IMG/VR virus record: IMGVR_UViG_3300033182_001068
Location: 1-64,000 of that record
DNA length: 64,000 bases
Strand: one strand, 5' to 3'
From: a virus
Part shown: positions 15,869-23,488 of the stretch, in pieces
How the letters are laid out: each line of letters starts with the position of its first letter
How positions within the stretch are numbered: the stretch's first letter is position 1
The notes under the pieces: model-generated
What the model saw: the letters and a program-made list of their open reading frames with translations, nothing else
Databases searched by the model: none
Told to the model about the DNA's origin: nothing
Made by a program: the position numbers and the translations under genes

Positions 15869-16591
15869 TCAACTATTTTCAGAAGTGGCGTCAGACTCCT
15901 CAGATTCTTCCTTTTGGTCCGAGTAAAAGGGCGGCTCGATAGGCTCTTCGTGCTGGTTCTGGGTACAAACCATGAACGTACTGATCATCCACTTATCCTC
16001 CGACAGAGGCGTTTGCCCCATGTGAGGGTGCGTCCAAGAGGTCGGGAAAAGGGAAATTGAACCCGCTTTTGCCGGAACATGGAGGTCGTGCTCAGGAAAG
16101 TATGTGCTCCCCCCAACCTTTACATCGTTGAGGTAGATGACCGCACCCAGAACTCGCGGCCCGTACCCGGGGATTGGGTCCCATGCGGCTCCGTCAATGT
16201 GCGTCCTGTAAAACCCAACGTTTCGGAAATAACGCTGCAGCCTATATCCGGTGTCAGAAGGGTTTGGCCATTTCCAAAGTTCTTCATACTGCTGGATGTA
16301 GTGGCCAACTGCCGAGTACAAGCCGACACTGACCTCGTTCTCGTAAAACGCAAAATTGGATGAATCAACACCCCTGCTCTCAATGAACGAGCGAGAAAAG
16401 TTCATGTCGCTTGAGTTCTTCACCATCGGGTTTAGGCCCCCGAGGGTTACCCCGGGCTGAAAGAGCCGGTCAAAGTATCTGTTGCATTCGTCAACGAGCC
16501 CGCTCGCAACTTTTCTGGAAAACGCATTTTCAGCGACCATGATGTGTCGCTGCTTTCCTGCGGGGAACTTAAACGAAATGGTTTTAGACAC
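15869..16591 (-). CDS. 2OG-Fe(II) oxygenase (prolyl-4-hydroxylase-like)
   Basis: YRTHIDG (HxD), VIYLNDVKVGGSTYFP and WTHPHMG (distal His). Acidic Ser/Glu-rich C-terminal tail. Confidence 0.75.
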   Translation of the reverse strand: MSKTISFKFPAGKQRHIMVAENAFSRKVASGLVDECNRYFDRLFQPGVTLGGLNPMVKNSSDMNFSRSFIESRGVDSSNFAFYENEVSVGLYSAVGHYIQQYEELWKWPNPSDTGYRLQRYFRNVGFYRTHIDGAAWDPIPGYGPRVLGAVIYLNDVKVGGSTYFPEHDLHVPAKAGSISLFPTSWTHPHMGQTPLSEDKWMISTFMVCTQNQHEEPIEPPFYSDQKEESEESDATSENS

Positions 16592-18065
16592 CCGATAGTC
16601 CTTTCATGAGTGCATCTTTATGAGGTATGAAGTTTCCTGCCTTGTTCTGCTGGACGATGGTTCCAATTTCTTGTTGCAAAAACGTTTTTGTCCCACGCAA
16701 AGCAATGTTTTGTTCGCAGCCGTCAAATGCTACGAGGCCTTGCCCTTGCGCCACGTGCCAAAAATGAAACACCCGGAACAGTTCGTATCCGGCGACCGGC
16801 ACATCATGCTCCTCCAGCCCACGAATCGACATAATGTCCATAAGATGGTTAAGGAGATCAGGGCGTGGACGGTGCTTTTGCTCCAACCACATATCTGTGT
16901 CTTCCCTGTCTGACACATAATGCATTGCGATCATTGCCAGCAAGTTTCCCATCATCGAATCAATGATACGCAGATACTCGCTTCTCAGTTTGTCTTTGCG
17001 AGGCGAGTACACGGGCAAGTAACTCGTCAAAAGCATCGACTGGTTAATGCTTGCCGCAATCGATGTGGCCTCCAAAGGTTCTACAAACCCTGATGACAGC
17101 CCGATCGCAACGCAGTTCTTGACCCAACTGTTTTTCAGGTAGCCGGGCTCAAAGCGGATAAACCGATGTTCATCCCCAATTGTGTGCCCAGCCTGTTGTT
17201 CTGCTTCCTTCAGGGCGTCTTCGTCAGAAATGTGAGACGACGAGAAGACGTACCCGTTGCCCCTTCTGCTTTGTGTCGGGATTTCCCACATCCACCCTGC
17301 CGACATTGCCTGCGCCAAGGTGTAAGGCTTGATTCCGTCAACGGGATCTTCTGGGGTTGGGAACACGACAGCGCTGTCGGTTGGCAGATAGTCCGAATAG
17401 GAACACCAGTTCGGTTTTTCCAACTTGGAAATGACAGCCTTTCTAAAACCGGAAGCATCGACGACGAAATCGGTTTCGATAAGCCTCCCATCTTCAAGCA
17501 TTAGGGTTTCAATATCGCCGGTCTCTGGGGAGACACCAATGTCGATAACCTCGCCTTCAGTGAACATCACATTTGCGTCACTGCACTCAAGTCGCAGAAA
17601 GTCGTTGAGTTTGTGGGTATCGAAATGGAACTGATTTGTCTGCCCCAGAATGTCGTCGCCTTTGTCTGCAACAAGATTTCTTGTGAGCGAGGGAAGCCCA
17701 AACGCTGGGGTCAGTTGCCGCCCGTCGATATGAGCGGCGTTGTAAGTGCCGATAAACGTCGAGTGGACGGACTGTCCTCCGCTGATGCTGTGAAAGTAGT
17801 CGGGAGTATGGTTGGTCCAGTCTCTGAAGCGAATACCAAATTTGAAAGTCGCTTCCGTCGCTTCAACCATTTTTGTTCGATTGATGTTGGCGAGTTTCTC
17901 GAATGTTGACCAATGCTCTGTTGATCCTTCGCCAACTCCAACAATGCCGATTGAATCGGAAGAAATAACCTCAACATCAAGGTTGACAAAAATACGCTTC
18001 ATGATCAACGCGTTAATTAGCCCGGCTGTGCCAGAGCCAACGACAGTAAGTTTTTTTACAGTCAT
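16584..18065 (-). CDS. flavin-dependent (tryptophan-type) halogenase
   Basis: N-terminal VVGSGTAGL (GxGxxG), GVGEGS, ATFKFGIRFRDW (conserved Lys) and the hallmark WxWxIP motif as WMWEIP. At 493 aa the size is typical. Confidence 0.8.
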   Translation of the reverse strand: MTVKKLTVVGSGTAGLINALIMKRIFVNLDVEVISSDSIGIVGVGEGSTEHWSTFEKLANINRTKMVEATEATFKFGIRFRDWTNHTPDYFHSISGGQSVHSTFIGTYNAAHIDGRQLTPAFGLPSLTRNLVADKGDDILGQTNQFHFDTHKLNDFLRLECSDANVMFTEGEVIDIGVSPETGDIETLMLEDGRLIETDFVVDASGFRKAVISKLEKPNWCSYSDYLPTDSAVVFPTPEDPVDGIKPYTLAQAMSAGWMWEIPTQSRRGNGYVFSSSHISDEDALKEAEQQAGHTIGDEHRFIRFEPGYLKNSWVKNCVAIGLSSGFVEPLEATSIAASINQSMLLTSYLPVYSPRKDKLRSEYLRIIDSMMGNLLAMIAMHYVSDREDTDMWLEQKHRPRPDLLNHLMDIMSIRGLEEHDVPVAGYELFRVFHFWHVAQGQGLVAFDGCEQNIALRGTKTFLQQEIGTIVQQNKAGNFIPHKDALMKGLSGV

Positions 18066-18068
18066 GAT

Positions 18069-18647
18069 TTACCGATACTGTCGTTTGAGCAGAATGTTGC
18101 TTTCTTCCGTGTAGATGGAGTGGGCAAAGGGGAATCCGCCGGGAGCGAACATGATGTCCCCTTGATTTAATTTGACTGTCAAATCGAGAGACGGGAACTC
18201 GATGTGCATTGGGCTGGGAGAAAGCGAAGCGATTTCGACGACTATTCCTTCTTCCAGATGATTGGAGAGAACAACAGATCTGCCCTGCTCGCCGTGCTTA
18301 GAAAACCTGAGAAGGTCATAGATCATCGACCCGTAATCACCAATGTCGACAGAATTGAAATAGTCCTTTGACAGTTCAAGCCCGGTATCAGAGATTGATG
18401 TGATGCGCTCTCGAAGAAAATCAAGAAACTCGTCTTTTACGTCAGTGGTGAGGGCGAAGAGAGAAGCGCTTTCTGATTTGCAATGGTCGTCCGCCCCAGC
18501 AGCAACAGTCGTAAATGTCACGAAAGACCAGTCACTAGAAGCCCCACGTTCAAGAATCGGAAGGAATTCGTCATCGACGCAAAAGGAGTGTTCGTAGACG
18601 TAGACATTGTCGTGATGTTCGGTAGGAAACATGGTCACCCCAACCAA
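18069..18647 (-). CDS. divergent double-stranded beta-helix (2OG oxygenase-like) protein with an HxE variant
   Basis: SNHLEEGIVVEIASLS...PMHIEFP...GDIMFAPGGFPFAHS parallels the HxD...GG..F.P...G....F....H layout of its neighbours. Confidence 0.5.
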   Translation of the reverse strand: MVGVTMFPTEHHDNVYVYEHSFCVDDEFLPILERGASSDWSFVTFTTVAAGADDHCKSESASLFALTTDVKDEFLDFLRERITSISDTGLELSKDYFNSVDIGDYGSMIYDLLRFSKHGEQGRSVVLSNHLEEGIVVEIASLSPSPMHIEFPSLDLTVKLNQGDIMFAPGGFPFAHSIYTEESNILLKRQYR

Positions 18648-19204
18648 CTGACGAGAGAGTACTTAACGCCGGATACGACAGGCATCGACGCATGACCGAA
18701 AGGGTAGGAGGAGGGGAACACCACAATGTTCCCGGCCTTAGCGGCGACTGACACTTTCCGCTGAGGGAATACAAGATCCCCACCTGTTTCAACGTCGTTG
18801 AGCATCAAAACGACACTGACGCTTCGTGATTCGAGCGGAGACCAGTCGAAGTGCGTAACGTATTCCGCTCCCTCCAAGTACCGGTTAACGGCCCACCCGT
18901 TGTCGAACCGAAGCGGGATCTGGTGCGATTCCTTGTACTTGTTGACAACGTCATCTACTTGCAAGTGCAGTTCTTTGAAAGCCAGAGTGACCGGATGGCT
19001 TGCGTAGCCGTCTGCGATCAGGACAGCGTTCAGATCGAACGAGTAGTTCGACCGTTTGTCCGTGATTTGCCCGGTGCCAACGGTGGCCCGTTTCCAGTGT
19101 GACGGGAAGTCTGGGATCTGCGCCCAATCTTCGAGGAGTTTCAGGAACGGCAAGTAGTCGTAGTCGAGCGTTTCTGTATGGATGAAACTGTCCATAGGTT
19201 TCAT
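18635..19204 (-). CDS. 2OG-Fe(II) oxygenase (prolyl-4-hydroxylase-like)
   Basis: YVTHFDW (HxD), VVLMLNDVETGGDLVFP, AGNIVVFPSSYPFGHAS...GVKYSLVSW. Confidence 0.75.
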   Translation of the reverse strand: MKPMDSFIHTETLDYDYLPFLKLLEDWAQIPDFPSHWKRATVGTGQITDKRSNYSFDLNAVLIADGYASHPVTLAFKELHLQVDDVVNKYKESHQIPLRFDNGWAVNRYLEGAEYVTHFDWSPLESRSVSVVLMLNDVETGGDLVFPQRKVSVAAKAGNIVVFPSSYPFGHASMPVVSGVKYSLVSWLG

Positions 19205-19656
19205 GCCCGAACCTCAAATTCGAATGTCGCCACAGTTCCGCTGTCGTCGAAGAGAGACCCGGTGTGGGCTCCGATGACTGTGGGGCGAATCTTGAACCTC
19301 ACCGACTTTTTGTCGACGCTTACATCGGAATCGAGGGAGGTTTTGTTGCCGAAGGAATCTTCGACCTCTGCGCTGATGGCATCCACTGGATCAAAGTCGT
19401 CGGCGTACTCGATCTTCACGATTTTCCCCAACTGGAGAAATTGTGGGTGGACTCGTAGGCTTTGAACCGTTGGGACGTCCAGCACTTGGACAGAATCCCT
19501 GTCAAATGTCAGGTCTTCGGTTTTGCTGTTGTCGCCTACAATGATGGGCAAGCCGTTTTCGTTGGCAAGGGCGGATGCTTCATCCAAACGATCATCGCTA
19601 GGGCAATAAATAACTCGCTCCACGTCACTCCGACTCTTCTTCTTCCGGAGGAGCAA
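19201..19656 (-). CDS. hypothetical protein (about 140-151 aa)
   Basis: Track ORF. An alternative GTG start at 19623 lies 2 nt after the upstream small-ORF stop. No motif recognised. Confidence 0.5.
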   Translation of the reverse strand: MLLRKKKSRSDVERVIYCPSDDRLDEASALANENGLPIIVGDNSKTEDLTFDRDSVQVLDVPTVQSLRVHPQFLQLGKIVKIEYADDFDPVDAISAEVEDSFGNKTSLDSDVSVDKKSVRFKIRPTVIGAHTGSLFDDSGTVATFEFEVRA

Positions 19657-19774
19657 TTGATGCCTGTTGGAGTTGTTTGATCATTGCTCTCAGGATGCTG
19701 TTGTTTAGGGACAATTGTTTTACCTGATCTGAAAGATCCAAGATGACGTCGTTGGCGTTATAAGGGGTATCCAT
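19625..19774 (-). CDS. small helical protein (49 aa) ending ...PPEEEESE
   Basis: Hand-translated: MDTPYNANDVILDLSDQVKQLSLNNSILRAMIKQLQQASIAPPEEEESE. It starts 10 nt after the upstream stop. Confidence 0.45.
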   Translation of the reverse strand: MDTPYNANDVILDLSDQVKQLSLNNSILRAMIKQLQQASIAPPEEEESE

Positions 19775-19783
19775 GTCCCCACC

Positions 19784-20743
19784 CTACCCTGTCGTGGCTT
19801 CCTGTTTGGGAATCTCGGCAAGTCGAGGCGATGGGGCTTCGGGGACGCCGAACTCGTGCAGCCAGTACCCCTGAAATGTTCGCTGGCCTGCAGAGTACCC
19901 TGCTCGAACACTATGAGCCATTCGGAACAGGTCGACGATCATTAGGTCGCCTTCGTCCCAAAGGTACCACTCTTGACGTTCTTCGTTTTCGCAGATTTCC
20001 CACCTGACCTTGTCCATCAGTTCTGCGAATGTGTGGCGATGCGAGTCTGTGGCGGGTTGTCCGTCGAAAAGCAGGAGATGTTCTTGCAGTCCGTACATGT
20101 TGTGACATGGGCATGTGCGCAAAGTTGGTTTTTTTGTCGCCGGATGGGGAGACACGGCTGGTCTGCTGTGCGAGGCCACGTAGCCGTCGCCGTCTTTGCT
20201 GTAGATGACTTTTGACCCGGACCGAACATCAGCGCTGAATTGTTCGGACATTTCGGGGGATGGGGGGATGGTCCAGTTGCAGAAGTGGATGATCTCCGCC
20301 CTGTTAAAGAAATCCTGCTCGTCCTCGTCAAGGTCGGCGTACAACTGGCACATGTCAACGAAACCAGTTGAGCCTGTTCCCTTTGGGGCCTTGAAGTTAA
20401 ACATGTTCCATGCGCCGCCGTACTGCGGATACTTCATAGAAACGCCCTCAAGGTGCCATTCAATTAGGGCGGCATCGGCTTCGTTTCGCCCTTCTGACGT
20501 TACGTCATTGATTCGTTTGTCGTGGTCTTGGAGGTATGGCCAAGCCATCGTCTGCTGATCTTGGGTCGTATGAGTCCATCCAAGGTGCGGTGATAGTGCC
20601 GAGCAAATCTGGGCGATATCACTTTCCTCGGCCTTGATCTCCTTGAAGACAACTGCTCCGTTGGATTTATATGACTCGACGTACGGCTGAGGGTTGTTTG
20701 CAACATCGTTCGGCCTGACGCCGACGAAACAAGAAATGGTCAT
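19784..20743 (-). CDS. TauD/TfdA-family 2OG-dependent dioxygenase-like protein
   Basis: EWHLEG (HxE in the WHxD position), GSTGFVDMCQLYADL and WDEGDLMIVDLFRMAHS (W..GD...DN....H pattern). Confidence 0.65.
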   Translation of the reverse strand: MTISCFVGVRPNDVANNPQPYVESYKSNGAVVFKEIKAEESDIAQICSALSPHLGWTHTTQDQQTMAWPYLQDHDKRINDVTSEGRNEADAALIEWHLEGVSMKYPQYGGAWNMFNFKAPKGTGSTGFVDMCQLYADLDEDEQDFFNRAEIIHFCNWTIPPSPEMSEQFSADVRSGSKVIYSKDGDGYVASHSRPAVSPHPATKKPTLRTCPCHNMYGLQEHLLLFDGQPATDSHRHTFAELMDKVRWEICENEERQEWYLWDEGDLMIVDLFRMAHSVRAGYSAGQRTFQGYWLHEFGVPEAPSPRLAEIPKQEATTG

Positions 20744-21387
20744 TTCTCTTCAGACAGGAAGTACTCAATAGCCCCACGAATCCGCCTCAAGGCTTCTTTC
20801 GGGTCATAATCGTCATAACCGGTTTCGAAGTTCGCAGGAAGCAGTGAACCATTGGTGAATCGAACGCGCCGCTTTCCGTCGCGCGAAACAACCCACTTTT
20901 CGAAGTTTCCACGGATTGGCCCGTCCAGCACTCCGAGACGCTGATAAAGAGGGTGTGGATATTGGTCGGGTTCGTCTTCGTAATTCAATCGCGATGCCAC
21001 AAGTTCAGTAAAATCCATACGAACTCGATAGTTGTAGAAGGCATACTTGTGGCACTCTTCGGCAGTGGACTTGGAGTCTTTGAAATCCCCATACCCGTAC
21101 TCGCAGTAGTCATTAGTGGGGACGCAAATGATCTTGAATCCCTGATCGGCGTAGTCGTACTCAAGAACTTGCAGCATCGGGTACTGCATCGAGTTGCCGC
21201 ATTCTCCCGTCACGTTGACAATCATTGTCACCTCGCCGTGACGATCTGCCAGCAGGTTCGAGGTAGATCCGTCTACCGATTTGATGGCAATGTCGTAGAC
21301 ACTTTCGCCGTCTGCGGTCGGCCCAAAATGATGCTCTTTTTCGAGGATTTCGAGCATTGATGTGGTTTCGTTTGCAGTGATTGACAT
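20740..21387 (-). CDS. glutathione-peroxidase-family (thioredoxin-fold) protein
   Basis: IVNVTGECGNS (NVASxCG-like, Cys), FKIICVPTNDY (FPCNQF region) and GNFEKWVVSRDGK (WNFxKFL.). I prefer the ATG at 21387 over the track TTG at 21417. Confidence 0.7.
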   Translation of the reverse strand: MSITANETTSMLEILEKEHHFGPTADGESVYDIAIKSVDGSTSNLLADRHGEVTMIVNVTGECGNSMQYPMLQVLEYDYADQGFKIICVPTNDYCEYGYGDFKDSKSTAEECHKYAFYNYRVRMDFTELVASRLNYEDEPDQYPHPLYQRLGVLDGPIRGNFEKWVVSRDGKRRVRFTNGSLLPANFETGYDDYDPKEALRRIRGAIEYFLSEEK

Positions 21388-21393
21388 GACCCG

Positions 21394-21402
21394 ATGATAC
21401 CA
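21394..21402 (-). promoter_or_regulatory. extended -10-like box TGGTATCAT, 6 nt upstream of the ATG at 21387 (possible leaderless transcript)
   Basis: Minus strand reads CGTGGTATCATCGGGTCATG. No SD fits between the box and the ATG. Confidence 0.35.
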
Positions 21403-21421
21403 CGACCCCCTTATCAAAACG

Positions 21422-21430
21422 TGATATCAT
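21422..21430 (+). promoter_or_regulatory. extended -10-like box TGATATCAT for the plus-strand operon
   Basis: gTGATATCAT lies about 39 nt upstream of the ATG at 21469. GGAGAG SD at 21456-21461. It mirrors the divergent box at 21394-21402. Confidence 0.35.
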
Positions 21431-21468
21431 CTATAGCAAGCAGCAGATCATCGTCCGGAGAGAAAATC

Positions 21469-21702
21469 ATGGTAGCACTTAACAGAATTTCCGCTGACGC
21501 TAAACGGCAGCACCTTGCCAACATCCTGAAAGAGCACGAAAAACTGATACTCGCAGATGCCCTGCGTGCGGGAGAAGACCCCGACGCCATCGACCCCGCG
21601 ACCCATCCGTCACCCGATGACTGTGAGGGCGTGCTGCAAATCTCACTCGCAACCCGTGTTGTTGCTTACAACAGCCTGAAGGCATCACTGGAGAGCATCT
21701 GA
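21469..21702 (+). CDS. small helical protein (77 aa), family member A
   Basis: ATG preceded by GGAGAG. First gene of the plus operon. Loosely similar in layout to the next two ORFs. Confidence 0.5.
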   Translation: MVALNRISADAKRQHLANILKEHEKLILADALRAGEDPDAIDPATHPSPDDCEGVLQISLATRVVAYNSLKASLESI

Positions 21703-21703
21703 C

Positions 21704-21922
21704 ATGGACTACACTCTGAGTAACGCTGAAAAAATCGAAGCATGTGAGATCGCTCTCGCTGCTATCGAAGAAGATGTCCTGATTGCGTGCCTCGGGCTGG
21801 GAATTGATGCTGCGGACGTTCCGGACGACTACACCTCCGACGACCCAAGTCATGGAGAACTGGTCGATTCGCTCGGTCGCCTCAACGCTGCCAAGGCATA
21901 CATGGCGGGCTTGTCAGCCTGA
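21704..21922 (+). CDS. small helical protein (72 aa), family member B
   Basis: LSNAEKIEACEIALAAIEEDVLIACLGLGIDAADVPDD aligns with 10861-11145. Confidence 0.55.
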   Translation: MDYTLSNAEKIEACEIALAAIEEDVLIACLGLGIDAADVPDDYTSDDPSHGELVDSLGRLNAAKAYMAGLSA

Positions 21923-21937
21923 TAACGAGGAGAAAAA

Positions 21938-22150
21938 ATGGCACTGCCGGAAGCCATCGTCAACCAAGCAAAAGAAGAGGCTCGGGATTTCCTTGAGTAC
22001 TCGATTTATGTTCTCTGCACGTTCCTCGAAGTAGATATCGAGACAGTGACTTCCGCAATCGAAATCCCGGTCGCTGAAGGCGACCCGGACTACTACAACT
22101 ATGTGTCACTCAAGCGTCAGTTGTCAGCATTCGAGGCCTTGACGTCATGA
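21938..22150 (+). CDS. small helical protein (70 aa), family member C
   Basis: GAGGAG SD upstream. AKEEARDFLEYSIYVLCTFLEVDIETV aligns with ETNIYSMSAALGLDVDS of 10861-11145. Confidence 0.55.
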   Translation: MALPEAIVNQAKEEARDFLEYSIYVLCTFLEVDIETVTSAIEIPVAEGDPDYYNYVSLKRQLSAFEALTS

Positions 22151-22377
22151 AGTTTTCGTCACCTCATCTACGTGCTGTAGTTGACGGAGATGACCGTCAC
22201 CCACGAGAAATTGCTGCTGCGTCAGGCAAATCGCTTCCCGAAGAGGACCCCAGCGAAACGACGCCGTTCGACGATCGCATGGAAAAGACAATTGTGTTCA
22301 ACCCCGCTGTTGGGGCCCTTGAGTTTACCGAAGAAGGTGCCGTCCTTCTTTGTGAGAAGATCAAAGAAGACACCTGA
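22147..22377 (+). CDS. hypothetical acidic protein (76 aa)
   Basis: ATGA overlap with the upstream gene. No motif recognised. Confidence 0.5.
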   Translation: MKFSSPHLRAVVDGDDRHPREIAAASGKSLPEEDPSETTPFDDRMEKTIVFNPAVGALEFTEEGAVLLCEKIKEDT

Positions 22378-22712
22378 TGGCCATTAGGAAGACGAGCCCA
22401 ACATCCGGAAAAGTTTATAGCCCTCAAGCCGAACTTGACTGGGTAAACACCCACCTGCTGTCATCGTTTTTTATTCTCGGCCTTACCGAAGCGGACATGG
22501 AGACCTACACGATCGACGAACTTATCGATCGTTGCGAGTGGATGTTCGAACCACACCCCACGTTGCCGCTCGTGATGGTGGGCGAGAAGCAACGATCGTC
22601 TAACTCCGGCTTCGCTTTCGGCAGAAAACAGAAAAGTTGGATGATGCTGCTGGTCCGCAGATTCTGGCGTCGACGCCAAATCTCGTCATTTGAGGTATCC
22701 CGGAATGTCTAG
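22377..22712 (+). CDS. hypothetical protein (111 aa)
   Basis: 1-nt overlap with the upstream stop. The C-terminal 30 aa are Arg/Trp-rich and may not all be genuine. Confidence 0.45.
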   Translation: MAIRKTSPTSGKVYSPQAELDWVNTHLLSSFFILGLTEADMETYTIDELIDRCEWMFEPHPTLPLVMVGEKQRSSNSGFAFGRKQKSWMMLLVRRFWRRRQISSFEVSRNV

Positions 22713-23478
22713 CAATATCTTTCACAAAGGCGTTGTCGCAAGAAGCCTTTCCACCGATCAGACCGGAACAACGTGGGATGATGAACTAAGCATTGTTCGA
22801 GACTACTCCCGTCTAGCAGATGCTGCGATTCTTGAGGCCAACGTTGACATGCGGCAGGCGGCGATGGGTAGGGACTGGTATTTCTGGAAATACACCACGT
22901 GGCTTGGCGAACAGGACAACACTTGGCTTGAATACGCATGGCGCAACTACGTAGCCGTAAAGTCCCTTTATGGGGTATTGAAGCCAGTAGACAGTGTGAC
23001 GCCGGAGAAAATTCTGATTTCTGGTTCGTTCCCAATCCAAATGCACACCGCCCACATGCAGGCAGCGACGAAGGATTATTACTGGATCAATACATTCGAA
23101 ACACGAATGATGGAAGACACTCTTGACGAAAATGGGACAATCCCCAATCAGTCAGAATGTACGTACAACGTCATTGACCTCCAAGACTTTGAGCAGGGAA
23201 CAGTTGTTGACTACTTCGACTCTGCTCGCCTGCACACCCACGACTTCCTGACTCCAAACCTAAATCTGGTCGACGGTCTTCTTGATTCAATCCGAGTTGG
23301 CGGGATCATGATGATCTACGACCTTTCCGACTTTGGCGCTTTGTACGAGGACGGCTTGTGCGCACACGAAGAGCGCATGCATAGAATCAACCGCCGGGTC
23401 GCTCAGCGTGGCGACTTCGAGGTTTACCACTTGGCGCATGATGAGATTGGCACCATCCTCGCCTACAAGACCGAGTAA
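22705..23478 (+). CDS. hypothetical protein, possible Rossmann/methyltransferase-like fold
   Basis: ATG at 22705 with GAGG 9 nt upstream; the track start 22690 is a TTG. KILISGSFP...VGGIMMIYDL layout. Shares the (A/I)(T/S)GSF motif with 14707-15420. Confidence 0.4.
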   Translation: MSSNIFHKGVVARSLSTDQTGTTWDDELSIVRDYSRLADAAILEANVDMRQAAMGRDWYFWKYTTWLGEQDNTWLEYAWRNYVAVKSLYGVLKPVDSVTPEKILISGSFPIQMHTAHMQAATKDYYWINTFETRMMEDTLDENGTIPNQSECTYNVIDLQDFEQGTVVDYFDSARLHTHDFLTPNLNLVDGLLDSIRVGGIMMIYDLSDFGALYEDGLCAHEERMHRINRRVAQRGDFEVYHLAHDEIGTILAYKTE

Positions 23479-23488
23479 TATGTAAACC

